Origin: Camelus ferus
Lineage: Eukaryota
Length of the DNA: 64,000 nucleotides
Assembly (NCBI RefSeq): GCF_009834535.1
Contig: NC_045697.1
Coordinates: 436,001-500,000, forward strand
Direction of reading: 5' to 3'
A program made the translations under genes and the position numbers. Below the pieces are notes generated by a model, which was not told the DNA's origin, searched no databases, and saw only the letters and a program-made list of their open reading frames with translations. This document shows positions 34,990 to 46,550 of the stretch, piece after piece; the first letter of the stretch is position 1; each line of letters begins with the position of its first letter.

Positions 34990-37650
34990 GTCTTTACAAA
35001 ACAATGTAAAGTTCTACCAGATTAGATTCTTGGTTGATGGAGGTTTCCTTCGGGCACCTTTAATACACTGGCGCTCTTGCCCTTAAGGTCTCTGCTGCTA
35101 AGTGCAGTGAGTCTGTCAAGGGTCCCTTGGATGTGACAGTCGCTGCTTTGGCTGTTTTTCAAAGTTCTCTCTTTGCCTTTGTCTTTGTTCTTTAGGGTTT
35201 TTTTGGTGGGGGGAGAATGTAATTAGGTTTATTTTTAGAGGAGGTACTGGGGATTGAACCAGGACCTCGTGCATGCTAAGCATGCGCTCTGCCCCTGAGC
35301 TGTACCCTCCCCCTCTTTGCCTTTGTCTTCAGAAGTTTGATTATAATGTGTCTTCTTTGGGGTCTCTTTGAACTCATTTTACTTGGAATTTAGTGAGCTT
35401 CTTGGATGTTTATACTGATGTCTTTCATCAAATTTCAAATGTTTTCAGCCATCATTTCTTCAAATATTCTCTGCCTTTTTCTTTCTCTTTGCCTTCTGGG
35501 ACTCCCACAATGTGTATGTTGGTTCACTTGGCGGTATCCCACAAGGCCCTTAGGCTCTGTTCATTTTTCTTCAATCTTTTTCCTTTCTGGTCTTCAAACT
35601 CAATAAATTCCATTGTCTTATCTTAAATTCACTGATTCTCCTACCTGCTGAAAATCTGCCTTTGAGTTCTTCTAGTGGATTTTAAATTTCATTTATTATG
35701 CCTTTCAGCTCCAGAATTTCTTTTTGGTTTCTTTTCGGGGGTTTCGTCTCTTTATTGGTTTTTCTGTTTTGTTCACACATCCTTTTCTTGATTTTCTCCA
35801 CATCTTCCTTTAGTTCTTTGAACATCTTTGAAACAGTCATTTTAAAGTCTTTGTCTCCAGTGTACTTGCCATTAGATCTTTTTCAAGAACGGTTTCTGTA
35901 ATTTGTTTTTTCCTTTGATAGTCCATTCTTTCCCTGTTTATTTGTGTGCCTTGTGATTTTGTTGTTGCTACTGAACATGAACATTTGGGTCTGGTAAAAT
36001 GGTAACTCTGGGCACCAGGCGACCTCCTTCTCTGAGGTTTCCTGTTTTGTGTTGTCATTGCTGTTGTGGATAGTTGTAGGCTGTCTCTGAGGAGCAGCCT
36101 GAGGTGTAGACATAAGGTTTTCATTTCTGAGATTTCCCCTCAACATGTGTTGTCACATTGTAATTTTCCCTGTATATGCAGTTTTCTTTTTTTAATGCCC
36201 TTGTCTTTAATGTTTGGTTCCCAAAAGTGAGAAAAGGTGAAAAATGAAGGGGTGGTCACCTGGAGGACACCAGCTGTGGGGAGGGGCTTGCAACAGCAGG
36301 GGAGGTGCTCCTGCCTCTTTGCATCTTTGTTACTAGAAGCAGCAGTCAGTGATCAGAGCACAGATCCCCAGCATTTGGAGAACAGGCTCTTTTTTGCCAC
36401 CCTGGCTCCCACCAGCTGTGTTCAGGCTGCTCCAGAAATGGATGTATTGCCTCCTGGCCTCCTGCCTCCTGGCTGGGGGTAGGGGTGGGTAGCTGCTACT
36501 GTGCTAAGAGCCAAAATTGACCAAAATTAACACAATTTCCCATTCCAGGCTTCTACAAACCAGAGGCGCAAGCCATCAACAGACTCCAGAGTTCCCAAAT
36601 GGCTACCTCAGAGGATTCTGCCCCTGCAGTTGATGTCCTGGTGGGAGACAGAGTCTCACCTCTCGCCTCCTGCTCCACCATGTGCTGCTTGTCCTGTGGC
36701 TCTTGTGCTCTTGTACAGAGAGACACTAGTTCTTTAAAATGAAAGCCTGGTGTAAAGAGTGTTCTTCTGCTGCGCTGTCCTCGCCTCTGGGCTTCCTCAG
36801 GGGACAGAGACAGGGGATGCGTCTGTGCTGAGGCAAGTCCTCTAGGAGTCCCTCCAGTGTGGCTCTCTTGCTAGTAAAGTCTCTCAGTTTTTGTTAATTT
36901 GAAAATGTGTAAAAGCCGTCATTCTTGACAGAAGGGGTTGAGCTCACGGGCCTGGGCAGCCAGTTTGTTTCTCTCAACATGTTAAAAGTTTTGCCTTCTG
37001 ATCCTCTGCTGCTGCCGAGAGGCTGTGCACCCCAGACACTCCTTTACAGGTGGCCTGCTCTCTTCCTCTGGGTCCTTGGAAGGACTTCGCTGTGTTTGGT
37101 TCTCGGCAGTTTCGTGTGATGTGCGTGGACCTGACTGCTTTTGGTCAGGTGTCCTGTATGGGGTACATTGTGCTTTCTGTTTCCAGAGATACCTTTTTAT
37201 TTTAGCCAGTTCTATAGCTTTTGTACTGCTTTCTCTTTAAATATTATCTCTACCCCACATCCCTGTTGTATCCTTCACAGTGTCTGATTTAAAACATTTT
37301 GTAACTTCTTGTTTTATATTCCTTATCGTTTTGAGTACTTCCGTGTCTCTGCCTCTTTGTGCTGCATCCTGGGTGATGTGTCTTCCAGTTCACAAAGTCT
37401 TTCTCCAGCTGTGCCTGGATTAGCTCTTCAACCCACTGACCGAGGCCCTGCCATTCTACACCATTTTTCCTTTCCTAATCTATCTATTTGTTTCTAAGTA
37501 TTCCTTTCTGATTGGCCTTGTTTTTCACTTGTTCTGTATTTTATTTCTGACAGTTTTGGTATCTGTGATCGTTGGTTTTTTTCCTGCTGACTTTCAGTTA
37601 CAGTGACTTGTTTTCGTATTTAATTGATGCCTTTGTGTTGCAGTCACTGC
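34990..37650 (-). mobile_element. Old LINE-1 fragments (ORF1/5' region)
   Basis: T-rich plus strand with L1 ORF1-antisense motifs (ttttcagccatcatttcttcaaatattc...ccttctgggactcccacaatgtgtatgttgg). Confidence 0.75.
35186..35312 (-). mobile_element. tRNA-derived SINE (camelid Vic-1-like) with 17-bp TSD
   Basis: Minus strand GGGGAGGGTACAGCTCAGGGGCAGAGCGCATGCTTAGCATGCACGAGGTCCTGGTTCAATCCCCAGTACCTCC (A/B boxes) plus an A-rich tail. Perfect TSD ctctttgcctttgtctt at 35169-35185 and 35313-35329. Confidence 0.88.
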
Positions 37651-39087
37651 TTGGTTTTGGTTGGTGGGAGGTGGGAAAGCTTTTTATAGACAGATAATGT
37701 TTCTGCTCTTCTCTTGTCCTAGGGCCACCACTGACCTTGAGGGCAGCACTTGGTGGGGGGTGGGCACCAGGTTGTCTTCCTGACTCTGCCCTGACCCAGG
37801 CTCAGCTGCAGCCCTCAGGGAACCCAGCCTTTCCCAGCTGCACACAGGCTTACTTAACTTGCCCCAACCCCACCTCCTCTTTGCTCCAGGCCCAGTTCAG
37901 ATTTTTATTTGCTTATTTTTGGAAGTGGGAGGAGGAAGTGAGAGTTCCCCCCTACCTCTTATGAAAAGGGCTGTATCTCAAGTGTTGTGTCCATCCAGCG
38001 TTTGGGGTCTGGGTGCTGTGGTGGTGGAAGAGCTCTCCTCAGAGTACGTGGGCAGACCCAGAGCCCAAGGCAGGCACCTGGGCTATGCCATCTAAATATG
38101 CTTTTTGTGGTTTCAGTGGAATCTGGGTGGAAGTGAAGTTAGATGTGACTTTTCAGGTCGCCGTCTGCCAGGAAGACCCCTCCTGTCATCCTCAATGTCC
38201 TGCCCTCTGTCCTTTTCTTCCGTGGTGCCACCAGCTGCTCGCCCCTGCCCCCAGTACCTGCTTGTTGCTGAGTCCAGTGAGTCATTCCCGTGATCTCACC
38301 TCCTTCCCGCTCTGCTTCCTCCTGGACAGGCTGGCGCTGGATCCTGCCCCTCCTGGGCCCAGCCAGCAGCCCCTCGAGCCCCAGCATTCGCATCTCCAGC
38401 CTACGTGAGAGGCCTGCAGGTGCCAGCATAGGTGCTGAGACCACTCCCCTTGGCCCAGCGTCCCCCATCTGTTCAGGGTGAGATGGCGCAGCAGAACCAC
38501 GGGAGTGAGCCCCTCTTCCTCGGCCCTCCCCCCGGGCCAACCCCACCAGGCCAAAATCTTCCTGAACTTAATGCTATGAAGTAGGACCGGTCAACATAGA
38601 CACCCCTGGTTGGACACCAGTCTAGGAGTGTTTCTCTTGCCTTTACGTCAAGTTAGCCTGGAATTCATTCACTTCTTACCACTTCTACCCTCTTCTCTGG
38701 GTTAGTGCTCTAGCCTCTAACTCCTTTTTCCTGCCTTTGCCCCCTTCACTCTGCTCTCAAAATGACCAGATGACCCTTCACCACATTCGCTGATGAGTTA
38801 TTTCCCTACTCAAAGCCCCCGTGTGACATTCCATCCGTTCTTCACTCACCAGGAGCAGCAGCTCCCAGCCCACCTGACCAGGGCTCCTGCCAGGCTCACC
38901 CAACCTCTGCCAGCCGTGCAGCCCCTCATTGTCCCCCAAACACAGCAGGGCCTTTGCTTTGAGCTGTTCTTCTGTCTGGGATGCTTGCTGCCCCACCTTC
39001 ACAAGGCTTCCCATTTGTTCTTCAGAGCTCTGCTTAGAGGGGGCTTGCCAGTGAGGGCGTCCCCAACCAGCTTCCTGAAGGAGTGTC

Positions 39088-39235
39088 CCACACCACCAGT
39101 ACCAGCACCTTCAACACCACCACTGCCAACACCACCATCACTGTCGTCCTCATCACCATCATCACCACTATCACCACCGCCACCATCATCTTCACCATCA
39201 CCACAACCACCATCACTGCCATCATCAGCGCCAGC
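39088..39235. repeat. Degenerate (CAC/CAT)n trinucleotide low-complexity repeat
   Basis: caccaccagtaccagcacc...catcaccatcatcaccactatcaccaccgccaccatcatc. Confidence 0.9.
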
Positions 39236-41713
39236 AGCAGTGTCCCATCCCCTCTTCATCAGAGCCTGAACAGCGTCTAATGCAGGTTTCCTTTACTGGT
39301 TTACTTTCGTTGGGTGCCTCCTTCAAATCTCAGTAGTTCTTGAGTCCATTGTAGGTGCCCTGCTCTCCGGGTGGCTGTCCTCAGGGTGTGGCCATTTTGG
39401 TTTGTGCTCCAGGGCCTGGAGCACCCCACATGGGCAGTGAGCATTCTGGCCCCAAAGAGGACACTCATCATTCCCAACCCCATGCTCCAGAAGGAGGGGG
39501 AAGTGGACGTGGGTGTCGCGGGGGTCCTTCCAGGGTTCCCCTGCCCTGCACATGGCACATGGTGCAGGGCACACGAATCCTGTCTGCAGTCTTTGTCACT
39601 GGATGCCAGTGTGTACCCATCTGTTTGGTTAAAATCTGTGATGGTGTCGTGGGCTTGGGTCAATGGTCCCCTTTTAGTTTTTAGCTCAGGTTTGGATACC
39701 CCAGTGCACATGCTTAACTAGGTGCCACCCATGATCCTCCCAAAGTCAACCGCTTTGTGGGTCTGGTTTTGTACTTCGCTGTCTCTTCTGACTTAGGGGT
39801 GTCATTTTCCCATGCTCAGTGGGTTTGACTGTGCGTTCATGTCTTGGTGGGACCCCTCTGAGTCCTGAGTCCACAGTGGGGTCTCCAGGGGGATGCATGT
39901 GTTTCTTCCAGGTGCCTCGGGGTTGATCAGGGGGTTGCAGATCCTTACTGTGGTCTCAGGCCCTGGGTGGGTGTGGCCCTACATTCAGGGTGCAGAACCA
40001 CATGCAGGAGAGCTGTGCTCTCCCATCGCAGGGCTGGCTGTCTGCTGGCCCCCACTGGGGCTGTGCTGCTGGGCCCTTGGACACCAGGCTGAGGGTCCAG
40101 AGGTCAGCAGGGCTGTTCGGGTGACTCTGGCTCCGGCTCCTCACTCACCAGTGGCCGCTTGTTGTTTCGGCCTCAGACGGGCCCCTACCTCCTGTGGTTT
40201 CCCTAGTGCGTTATTGTAAAAGGGGCCTCCTTTGTCTGGTACTTTCAGGTGCTGGGTATCAGGACTCCTGCAAAACAGATGACGTGATCAAGTCACCGTG
40301 CACGCCCCAGCCCCGGAGCTGCTTGCTGGGTGCCTGCAAGGCAGCCCCTGCCCAGGGCTGGAATGTCAGTCTTCCTGAACTCTCGGGGAGCCTGACCCAA
40401 GTGGCACTTCGGTGCTATGCAGGGAGACTGCCTTGCGGGGCTCGGGCACAGCACCTGGTTTGGGTCCTTCCTGGGCTCACAGTGTGGGGCAGGGCTGGCA
40501 CCCCCATGGGGAGTGCTGTGGCATGAAGTATGTTTGTGTTGTGCCCCGAGACTGCGCCCATGAGGCCACAGAGAGCGTCTGCTCAGAATCTTCTGCACAC
40601 AGGTCTCCTCTCAGCAAGTGTGCAGTCGGGTTAGCGGGCGGTCCTGGAGTCCATGTGCCCAGGGTGTCAGCTGGGCTTCCACCCCAGCTGGGGAGAAACG
40701 GGTCACTGGCAGCTGCTTCCACAGCTTTCTCCCCAAGGTCAAGAGCCATGGTAACCATGGGGTACAAATCTGTTATGGTGCAGATGGGTGGGGGGGGTTC
40801 CAAGGTTGAGCTCTTGGGGAGGGGTGTCGGGGAGCACGGGGACGCCACCAGTGGAGATGGAGAAGGAGCAGGGCCTGGGGGTCAAGGGATGTGGGGGGCA
40901 CCTGCTCCTGAGAGGGTGAGGACACAAGCAACGTCCCGGCCCCCAGGTGCAGCGACATGGTGGATGTGGGCCTGGACGGCAGTGGAGGGAAGGGGAGGGC
41001 GGACTCTGGATGGAAGTCCTATGAGCCCTTGAGGGAGCAGGGGCTCTGTGGAAAAGAAGCCGCCAAGAGAGGTGTGTCCTGCACTAGAAGGAAGAGCAGG
41101 TCTGCTGGTGCGCGGGGACCAGGGCACACGGTGGGGGGAGAACCCTGATGGGCTGGGGGTGGGGGGAGGCCCTGACTAGCCACTCGGACAGCACTCAGAC
41201 AGGTCACCTGTGGCGACCAGTGGGAGGACCCAGCCCAGAGCTGGGGGGAGAGGCATCATCAGGAGGAAGAGGGTGGGCAAGGGGGTCTCCGTGTGGGGGA
41301 GAGTCCCAGAGTGGTGAGGAGCAGACGGAGGAGGCAGCGCTTGGGCCCTGGGAGGTGGGGTCTGTGGGGTCCAGTCCTCACGAGGCCGCGCAGCAGGAGG
41401 AGCAGGGAGCAGCCGTCCCCACGGAGGGATCCAGGACGGCAGCACAACGTCCTGAACCCCGCCCTCAGACCAGCGCCCGGGCAGGCGAGCGGGGAGCCCT
41501 CAGGGCATCCCCGTGAGTCCGGGGCCTGGGGGAGGGGATGCAGCCGACCGGGTGCCGTGTCTCCCTGCGGTAGGGCAGGCGGGGGTCTGACGGCTCCTTG
41601 GTGCTGTGCCGACCGACACTGGCTCCTGCATGAGGTCGGGGCTGGAGGGCAGCCCATCTGCCTCCCCGCCCCCCACCCAGCAAACAGGAGACCAGGGCGC
41701 CGAGACCACGGTC

Positions 41714-41719
41714 TTTATT
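41714..41719 (-). terminator. SPON2: SPON2 polyadenylation signal
   Basis: Single AATAAA on the minus strand about 320 nt after the stop, in otherwise GC-rich sequence. Confidence 0.8.
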
Positions 41720-42039
41720 CAAGGCCAGGGATGGGACCCGCGGTGGTGGGGTGGGGGGCGCAGGCGGGGCTCTGGGCCACCAGGTCTGAGGTATTTTGTG
41801 GCTGAGCAGGTTCGGGGCTCCTGCCGCCCAGCCCAGCGGTCTCTGGGTAGGAGCCACCCTCCCGCTGGTGTGGACATGTCGGGCTCCAGAAGCTTGCTGA
41901 CAGGATGGTCCTCCCTCCCTGCGGGCATGTCTGGGCAGAGGGCCGGCCCCCAGCGGAGCTCAGAGAGGCAAGGACACCCCCGGCTGCTCCCTGCTCGGCC
42001 CCAAGCCTGGTGACCGCTCGCCGGCCGCGTGGGCCAATC

Positions 42040-42224
42040 TCAGACGCAGTTGTCAGGGACGCACTCAGCCTCCTCTTCCAGCTCCGGGCAGGGCGCGCCC
42101 TGGTTGGCGGGCTGCACGCGGACATAGCGAGTCCTGCTCTTGGAGCCCAGCTGCCCGCAGGGGCCCCCACACAGCCCCCAGGACGACCACAGGGAGACTT
42201 CGCAGTCCAGCGGCGTTTCTGGAG
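42040..42224 (-). CDS. SPON2: SPON2 last coding exon (thrombospondin type-1 repeat)
   Basis: cgtccag|CTCCAG gives (A)[60 protein letters not shown], with a WxxW motif. Total CDS 999 nt = 332 aa plus stop. Confidence 0.96.
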
Positions 42225-43333
42225 CTGGACGGAGCACAGGGAAGGCAGTGAGCGAGGAGGGGCTTCGGGGCAGAAGGGGCCTGCGATCCTCACACGAGCC
42301 CGCCTGCAACTTGGTGAGGGAGCGCTAGGTGCTCCTCCGGGGTTTAGGGCGGACTGCAGGACGGCGCCGCCACAGCAGCTCCTACAAGCGCCGCAGGCAC
42401 CTGGGTCAGCGTTTCTGCGCTGAGGGCTAGACACGGCTCTCGCCCGCTCTCGGGGGCCGGTGGGGGCCAGGGGAGCGGAGGACGTGTTGTGAGCCACGCT
42501 CTGACGCAGGCACAGGCTGGCAGGGCCTTGACCACCTGCTCTGCTGTCCCAGTCACTGACCGTCTGGGCAGCTGACCGCTGCGGGAGCACAGACCCACGT
42601 TTGCCCAGCACCCGCCTCCGTGGTGGGTGCTGCCGCCTCCACTGGACCCCTGTGGGGAGGGCCCCAAGGGACCCACTGGCGCAGGTCTTCCCCGTCAGCT
42701 GGGATGCTGGGGAAGCGGGCTGGGCCCCCAAGACGCACTTCTGGGCTGCAGGCTGGAAAGCTTTCAGCCGAAAACACTGACTCTTCAGTTTGGGGTTGCG
42801 TGAACCAAACCCCAGTCTCTCAGGACCCACGTCCCTCACCGGATGCTCTGATCCTGTTTTGAAGTCACTCAGAGACGCAGGTTCACGCAGCCCAGACAGC
42901 GTCTGAGCCCCCGCGGCCTCTCCTGGTTTGACCCCCTCCTCGCCCCCCGCATGGCCTCTGGAACGGAGCGACATTTCCCAGCTCTGTGACCTCATCTGTG
43001 AGTGTGGCTGGCGAGAGGGTGCTCCCCGTAGGGTGGACAGGCAGGGCGGGGCCTGGGCCCTGACTGTCACCCTTGTGGGGGTGCACGCGGGCAGCAGGGT
43101 AGACACTCACTTCGGAGGGTTTTTCTAAGGCTGAGCAAGAAGAGCTGTGCGGGGGCTCAAGGCCAGCGGCGTTGACGTCTCAGTGACACACACACACTGA
43201 GGGGCGCTCCTGTCCCCACGTGGCCAGGGTTGGGTGTCTCGGCCGCCCGCCAGCTCAAGCGCATGGTGCCCGGGACCCTGCACGTGAAGGGCAGGGAAGG
43301 GAGGAGCGGCCCCGCGGCGGGAACCAGGCTTAC

Positions 43334-43508
43334 CTGACAGGCTGTCCACAATCTCGTTGCCCCTGCCCACCAGGTCCGGGGCAGGCGGGGCGAAGCCCCT
43401 GGGGCCCTGCCGGAGCCGCACCAGGGTCACTCTGGCCATGGGAGGCAGGGCCTTCAGCCGCGGGTAGTAGAAGGAGTTTGCAGGGTGGCTGGGGGAGGAG
43501 GCTGTTAT
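43334..43508 (-). CDS. SPON2: SPON2 coding exon 4
   Basis: ccccag|ATAACA...TGTCAG|GTAAGC. 175 bp, [58 protein letters not shown]. Confidence 0.95.
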
Positions 43509-43807
43509 CTGGGGGAGGGGAGGGTGTCAGCGAGGGCTGGCGAACAGGAGCGCCTACGTGTACAAGTCACCCAGTCGTGAGCTGGAGCTGGGGGTCCAGT
43601 GGGCAGTGCGGAGAGCAGACCCCGAGCGGCCCCTCTGGCGCCGCGCAGCACGGCCCCGACCTCTCCTCCGTGGCCCGTGGCCTCCGCCCCCTCCCTGCGA
43701 TGCAGCTGCTTGTCCATTGGGACGCGACCAACAGGGGTATCTTCTAAAGGAGGGGCAGAGCCAGGCACCCAGAGAGCCGCCTCCCTGAGGGGACCGCTGG
43801 CCCTCAC

Positions 43808-43999
43808 CTCGGTCACCGTGTCCTGTGGGATGGTCGCGAAGTTGGGGGACGAGAAGGTGAAGCCGCTGTCTGTCCCAGCATCATAGGGGTAGAGGTCCAC
43901 AGCCACCTGCTCCCGCCAGCGGTCACCGTCACACAGGTCCAGGCTGTCGACGCCCACAAACCAGTCGGGGCTGGGGATGATGCGGACCACGAAGGACAC
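43808..43999 (-). CDS. SPON2: SPON2 coding exon 3
   Basis: ccccag|GTGTCC...ACCGAG|GTGAGG. 192 bp, VSFVVRIIPSPDWFVGVDSLDLCDGDRW...YDAGTDSGFTFSSPNFATIPQDTVTE. Confidence 0.97.
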
Positions 44000-44069
44000 C
44001 TGGGGAGCCGGGTGCTCAGCCAGGGGTCACCGCACCCCACACCCTCCCTCCTGTGGCCGCCCCACTCAC

Positions 44070-44293
44070 GAGCGAGTGCCTGGAGTGGACTTCGAGCTCC
44101 GCGGAGGTCTGCCCGGTGCCACTGGGCACGGCAGGGGCTGAGAACACCGCGTGCACGCTCTGCAGCTTCTCCCCGGCCGCCTCGATCTCCCTCATCAGGG
44201 CCCAGGCCTCGCCCCGCTCTGCGAAGTCCCGCAGCCCGGTGCTGACATACTGGTCCTTCCTCCACATGCTGTAGTCGGAGCTGTGCGCTGCCC
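44070..44293 (-). CDS. SPON2: SPON2 coding exon 2 (spondin domain, includes LEV motif)
   Basis: cccacag|GGGCAG...TCGCTC|GTGAGT. 224 bp, (G)[17 protein letters not shown]...[12 protein letters not shown]. Confidence 0.96.
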
Positions 44294-44660
44294 CTGTGGG
44301 CGCCACCCGCCGCATGAGCAGCCTGCCCAGTGGGCCCGTCCTGCCTCCCCCAGCATGGCCAGACTGCAGTCCACCCGCCATGTGCAGAGGAGATGTCCTG
44401 CTGGCTGCCTCGCGCTGCCCGGCACCTCGCTGGTGTGACCAGTGTCTGGCCCTGCCTGTGACCCTGGCCACCCTACCCCCACCACATCCCCAAAGTCCAG
44501 AATGTGGCTGCCAGCACACAGTCGGCACTTCGCAACATTTCCTGCACTGAAGTGAATTGGATGAAAGTGCCCTACAAACTGTGAAGTGCAGTGCAACCGT
44601 TGGGTGACTGTCCCCTCCCAGGTGGGGGAGTCACTGCTGGACATTCGGGGCTGCACTCAC

Positions 44661-44883
44661 CTAGCAGGGACGACCACTGTGCGGGTGGGCGGAACAGGGG
44701 GTACTGCTTGGGGAAGGACGCCTGGCTCCACTTGCCCGTGAAGGTGATGCTGTACCTGGCCAGGGCCTGGGCGGTGCACATGGACTCTCCCCCAAGTGGC
44801 TGTCCGGCTGAGGAGCCAAGCGTGGCCAGGAGGAGGGCCCAGAGGACCCTGCCCCTGGTGACAGCCGCACTCGGGGTTTCCAT
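44661..44883 (-). CDS. SPON2: SPON2 (mindin) first coding exon: signal peptide and spondin domain start
   Basis: cctag|TTGATG gives [74 protein letters not shown](G). 223 bp, donor GTGAGT. Confidence 0.96.
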
Positions 44884-45298
44884 CAACTAGGAGGAGAGGA
44901 GGGAGGGAGGTCCCAGACGCCCTGCAGCACGGACCCGTGGGTATGGGCCTCTGAGGACGGCTGGGCACATCCATCCGTGTCCCCCCCTGGCCTGGGCTGG
45001 GCTGACCGGGTGGCTGGAAAGCCACGCCGGGTCGGATTACAGGAACCCAGGTGCCTGGCAGGTTACGGACGCCTGGCACCAGGAGCTTACAGCCGGCTCA
45101 GCGCCCTGCGGCTGTCCTGAGTGCATGCCTCTGGCACTGCGGTTGAGGGAACCCTGGCAAACTGGAGGATGGCGTGCCCCGGACTCGAGGGCACACTTGG
45201 GCCTCCCTCTTGGGGTGCTGCGGGGCTCTGGGCAGGGGGAGGGGAAGGCGCCAGAAGGCCGGGGCGTCTAGGGTGGGGACGGCACACGCAGTACTCAC

Positions 45299-45366
45299 CC
45301 AGCTGGAGTGACCAGAGGGCCCTGGGCAGCCGAAGGTCCCAGCAGAGCCCAGAGCTCCAATTTATG
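45299..45366 (-). promoter_or_regulatory. SPON2: SPON2 putative TATA-like box and short non-coding first exon
   Basis: CATAAA at 45361-45366 (minus) followed about 60 nt later by the donor CTGG|GTGAGT (exon end 45299). The next exon's acceptor lies 3 nt before the ATG, which requires an upstream UTR exon. TSS is inferred. Confidence 0.6.
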
Positions 45367-46309
45367 CCGCGGACAGTCCCCGGCCACCAATGAGGTCCCA
45401 GGTCCTCCACCAGGGCCACCAGCGAGCAGCAGCTGGGATGAGGGGGAGAGGAGAGAAGGGACCTCAGGGCCCGGAGCTCGCCTGGCTGCCAGCCCTGCTC
45501 TGACGCTCAGCAGATGCAGCTCCAGCACTGAGGTCACTCCTCCCTGGGGCGCTGCCGCCGCTTGCCGCACCCCTTCCTTTGTCTTTCCCTCCCGCCCACC
45601 CCTTCTCCTCTCCCTCCCAGTCCTCTCCTCCCACCAGGCCCTACCCAGTGTCTCCCTGGAGGTGGTGCCACTGCCCGCAGCCCTGGGCAGCCAGCGAGTG
45701 CCTCGCCCCGGGCAGGGCTGGGCCTGGCGTCAGTCCAGTGCTAGGGAGTGGGGCCTCTGGCCTCAGGCACCCCTGGCTTTGGGGCTCAGGGTTCAGCAAA
45801 CACGGCTGCCTCCTTGCCATGCACAGAGCCGCCGTGCCACCCACACTGCTGGCCAGGGCATCTGGACGCTGTCCCTCCAAAGGAAATCAGAGCCAGGCGG
45901 CGGCCCTCCCCGAAGGGCTGAGGGGCGGCCCGGGCCCCCGCCTTCCCTCCCTGGGGAGGCGCTCCAGCAGATTCTGAAGTTACTCCTGCTCACTGTCAGG
46001 AGAATGTTTCCGGAACCCTTGTCACAGCCCGGGAGCCGGGGAGGCAAGGACAGGGGCCGGTCTCACGTGTAAGAGCTGCCCTGGGAGCGGCAACGCTCGG
46101 AAGGGAGCGTCTCGTTCTCGCTTTTGAAGCCGCGTTAACGGTTTACGTATTCAAAAAAAGAAAGAGAAAATAAATAGAATCAACAAAAATAGAAGGCAAA
46201 CAAAAACAAATGATCTAACCTGTATTTCAAGTAAGTGGCACAGCCGCAGGGGAGCAGCTGCGAACGCAACGTTCGGACCCCAGGTTCTAAGGCTCAGGAC
46301 AGATCCCGG

Positions 46310-46550
46310 CTCAGCGGCCCTCGAACATTTGGCCTCGGGACCCCTTACACTCTGAGCAGTCGCTGAGAACCCAAAGTGCGTCTGTGTGTGTGTTTTACCT
46401 GTCGATTCTCACCACGATCGAGGCCTGCCGGAAGCCCCAGGGTACTCGCCTCACTTAAAGGTAGCAAACAGAAACCTGTTACACGTTAACACAAACTGCA
46501 GTGTCTTCTGAAAAACAGATGTATTTTTCAAAAGGAAACCTTTGTGAAAG
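46310..46550 (+). mobile_element. Charlie1-like hAT transposon end fossil upstream of SPON2
   Basis: cagcggccctcgaacatttggcctcgggaccccttacactct...aacctgttacacgttaacacaaa resembles the recalled Charlie1 terminus. Confidence 0.55.

Noticed and set aside
35240..35312. tRNA gene
   Set aside because: The tRNA-like head is followed by a SINE tail and flanked by a TSD, so it is a retroposed SINE.
38999..39280. Gly/Asp-, Val/Met- and Thr/Ile-rich ORFs
   Set aside because: These are translations of the (CAC/CAT)n simple repeat.
39300..40250. Possible old LTR/ERVL remnant
   Set aside because: The composition is suggestive, but I could not identify termini, a TSD or a family match.
41715..43106. 463-aa minus-strand ORF overlapping the end of SPON2
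   Set aside because: Spans intron, exon (wrong frame) and 3'UTR. Low-complexity P/R/A/G composition with no domain, as expected in very GC-rich DNA.
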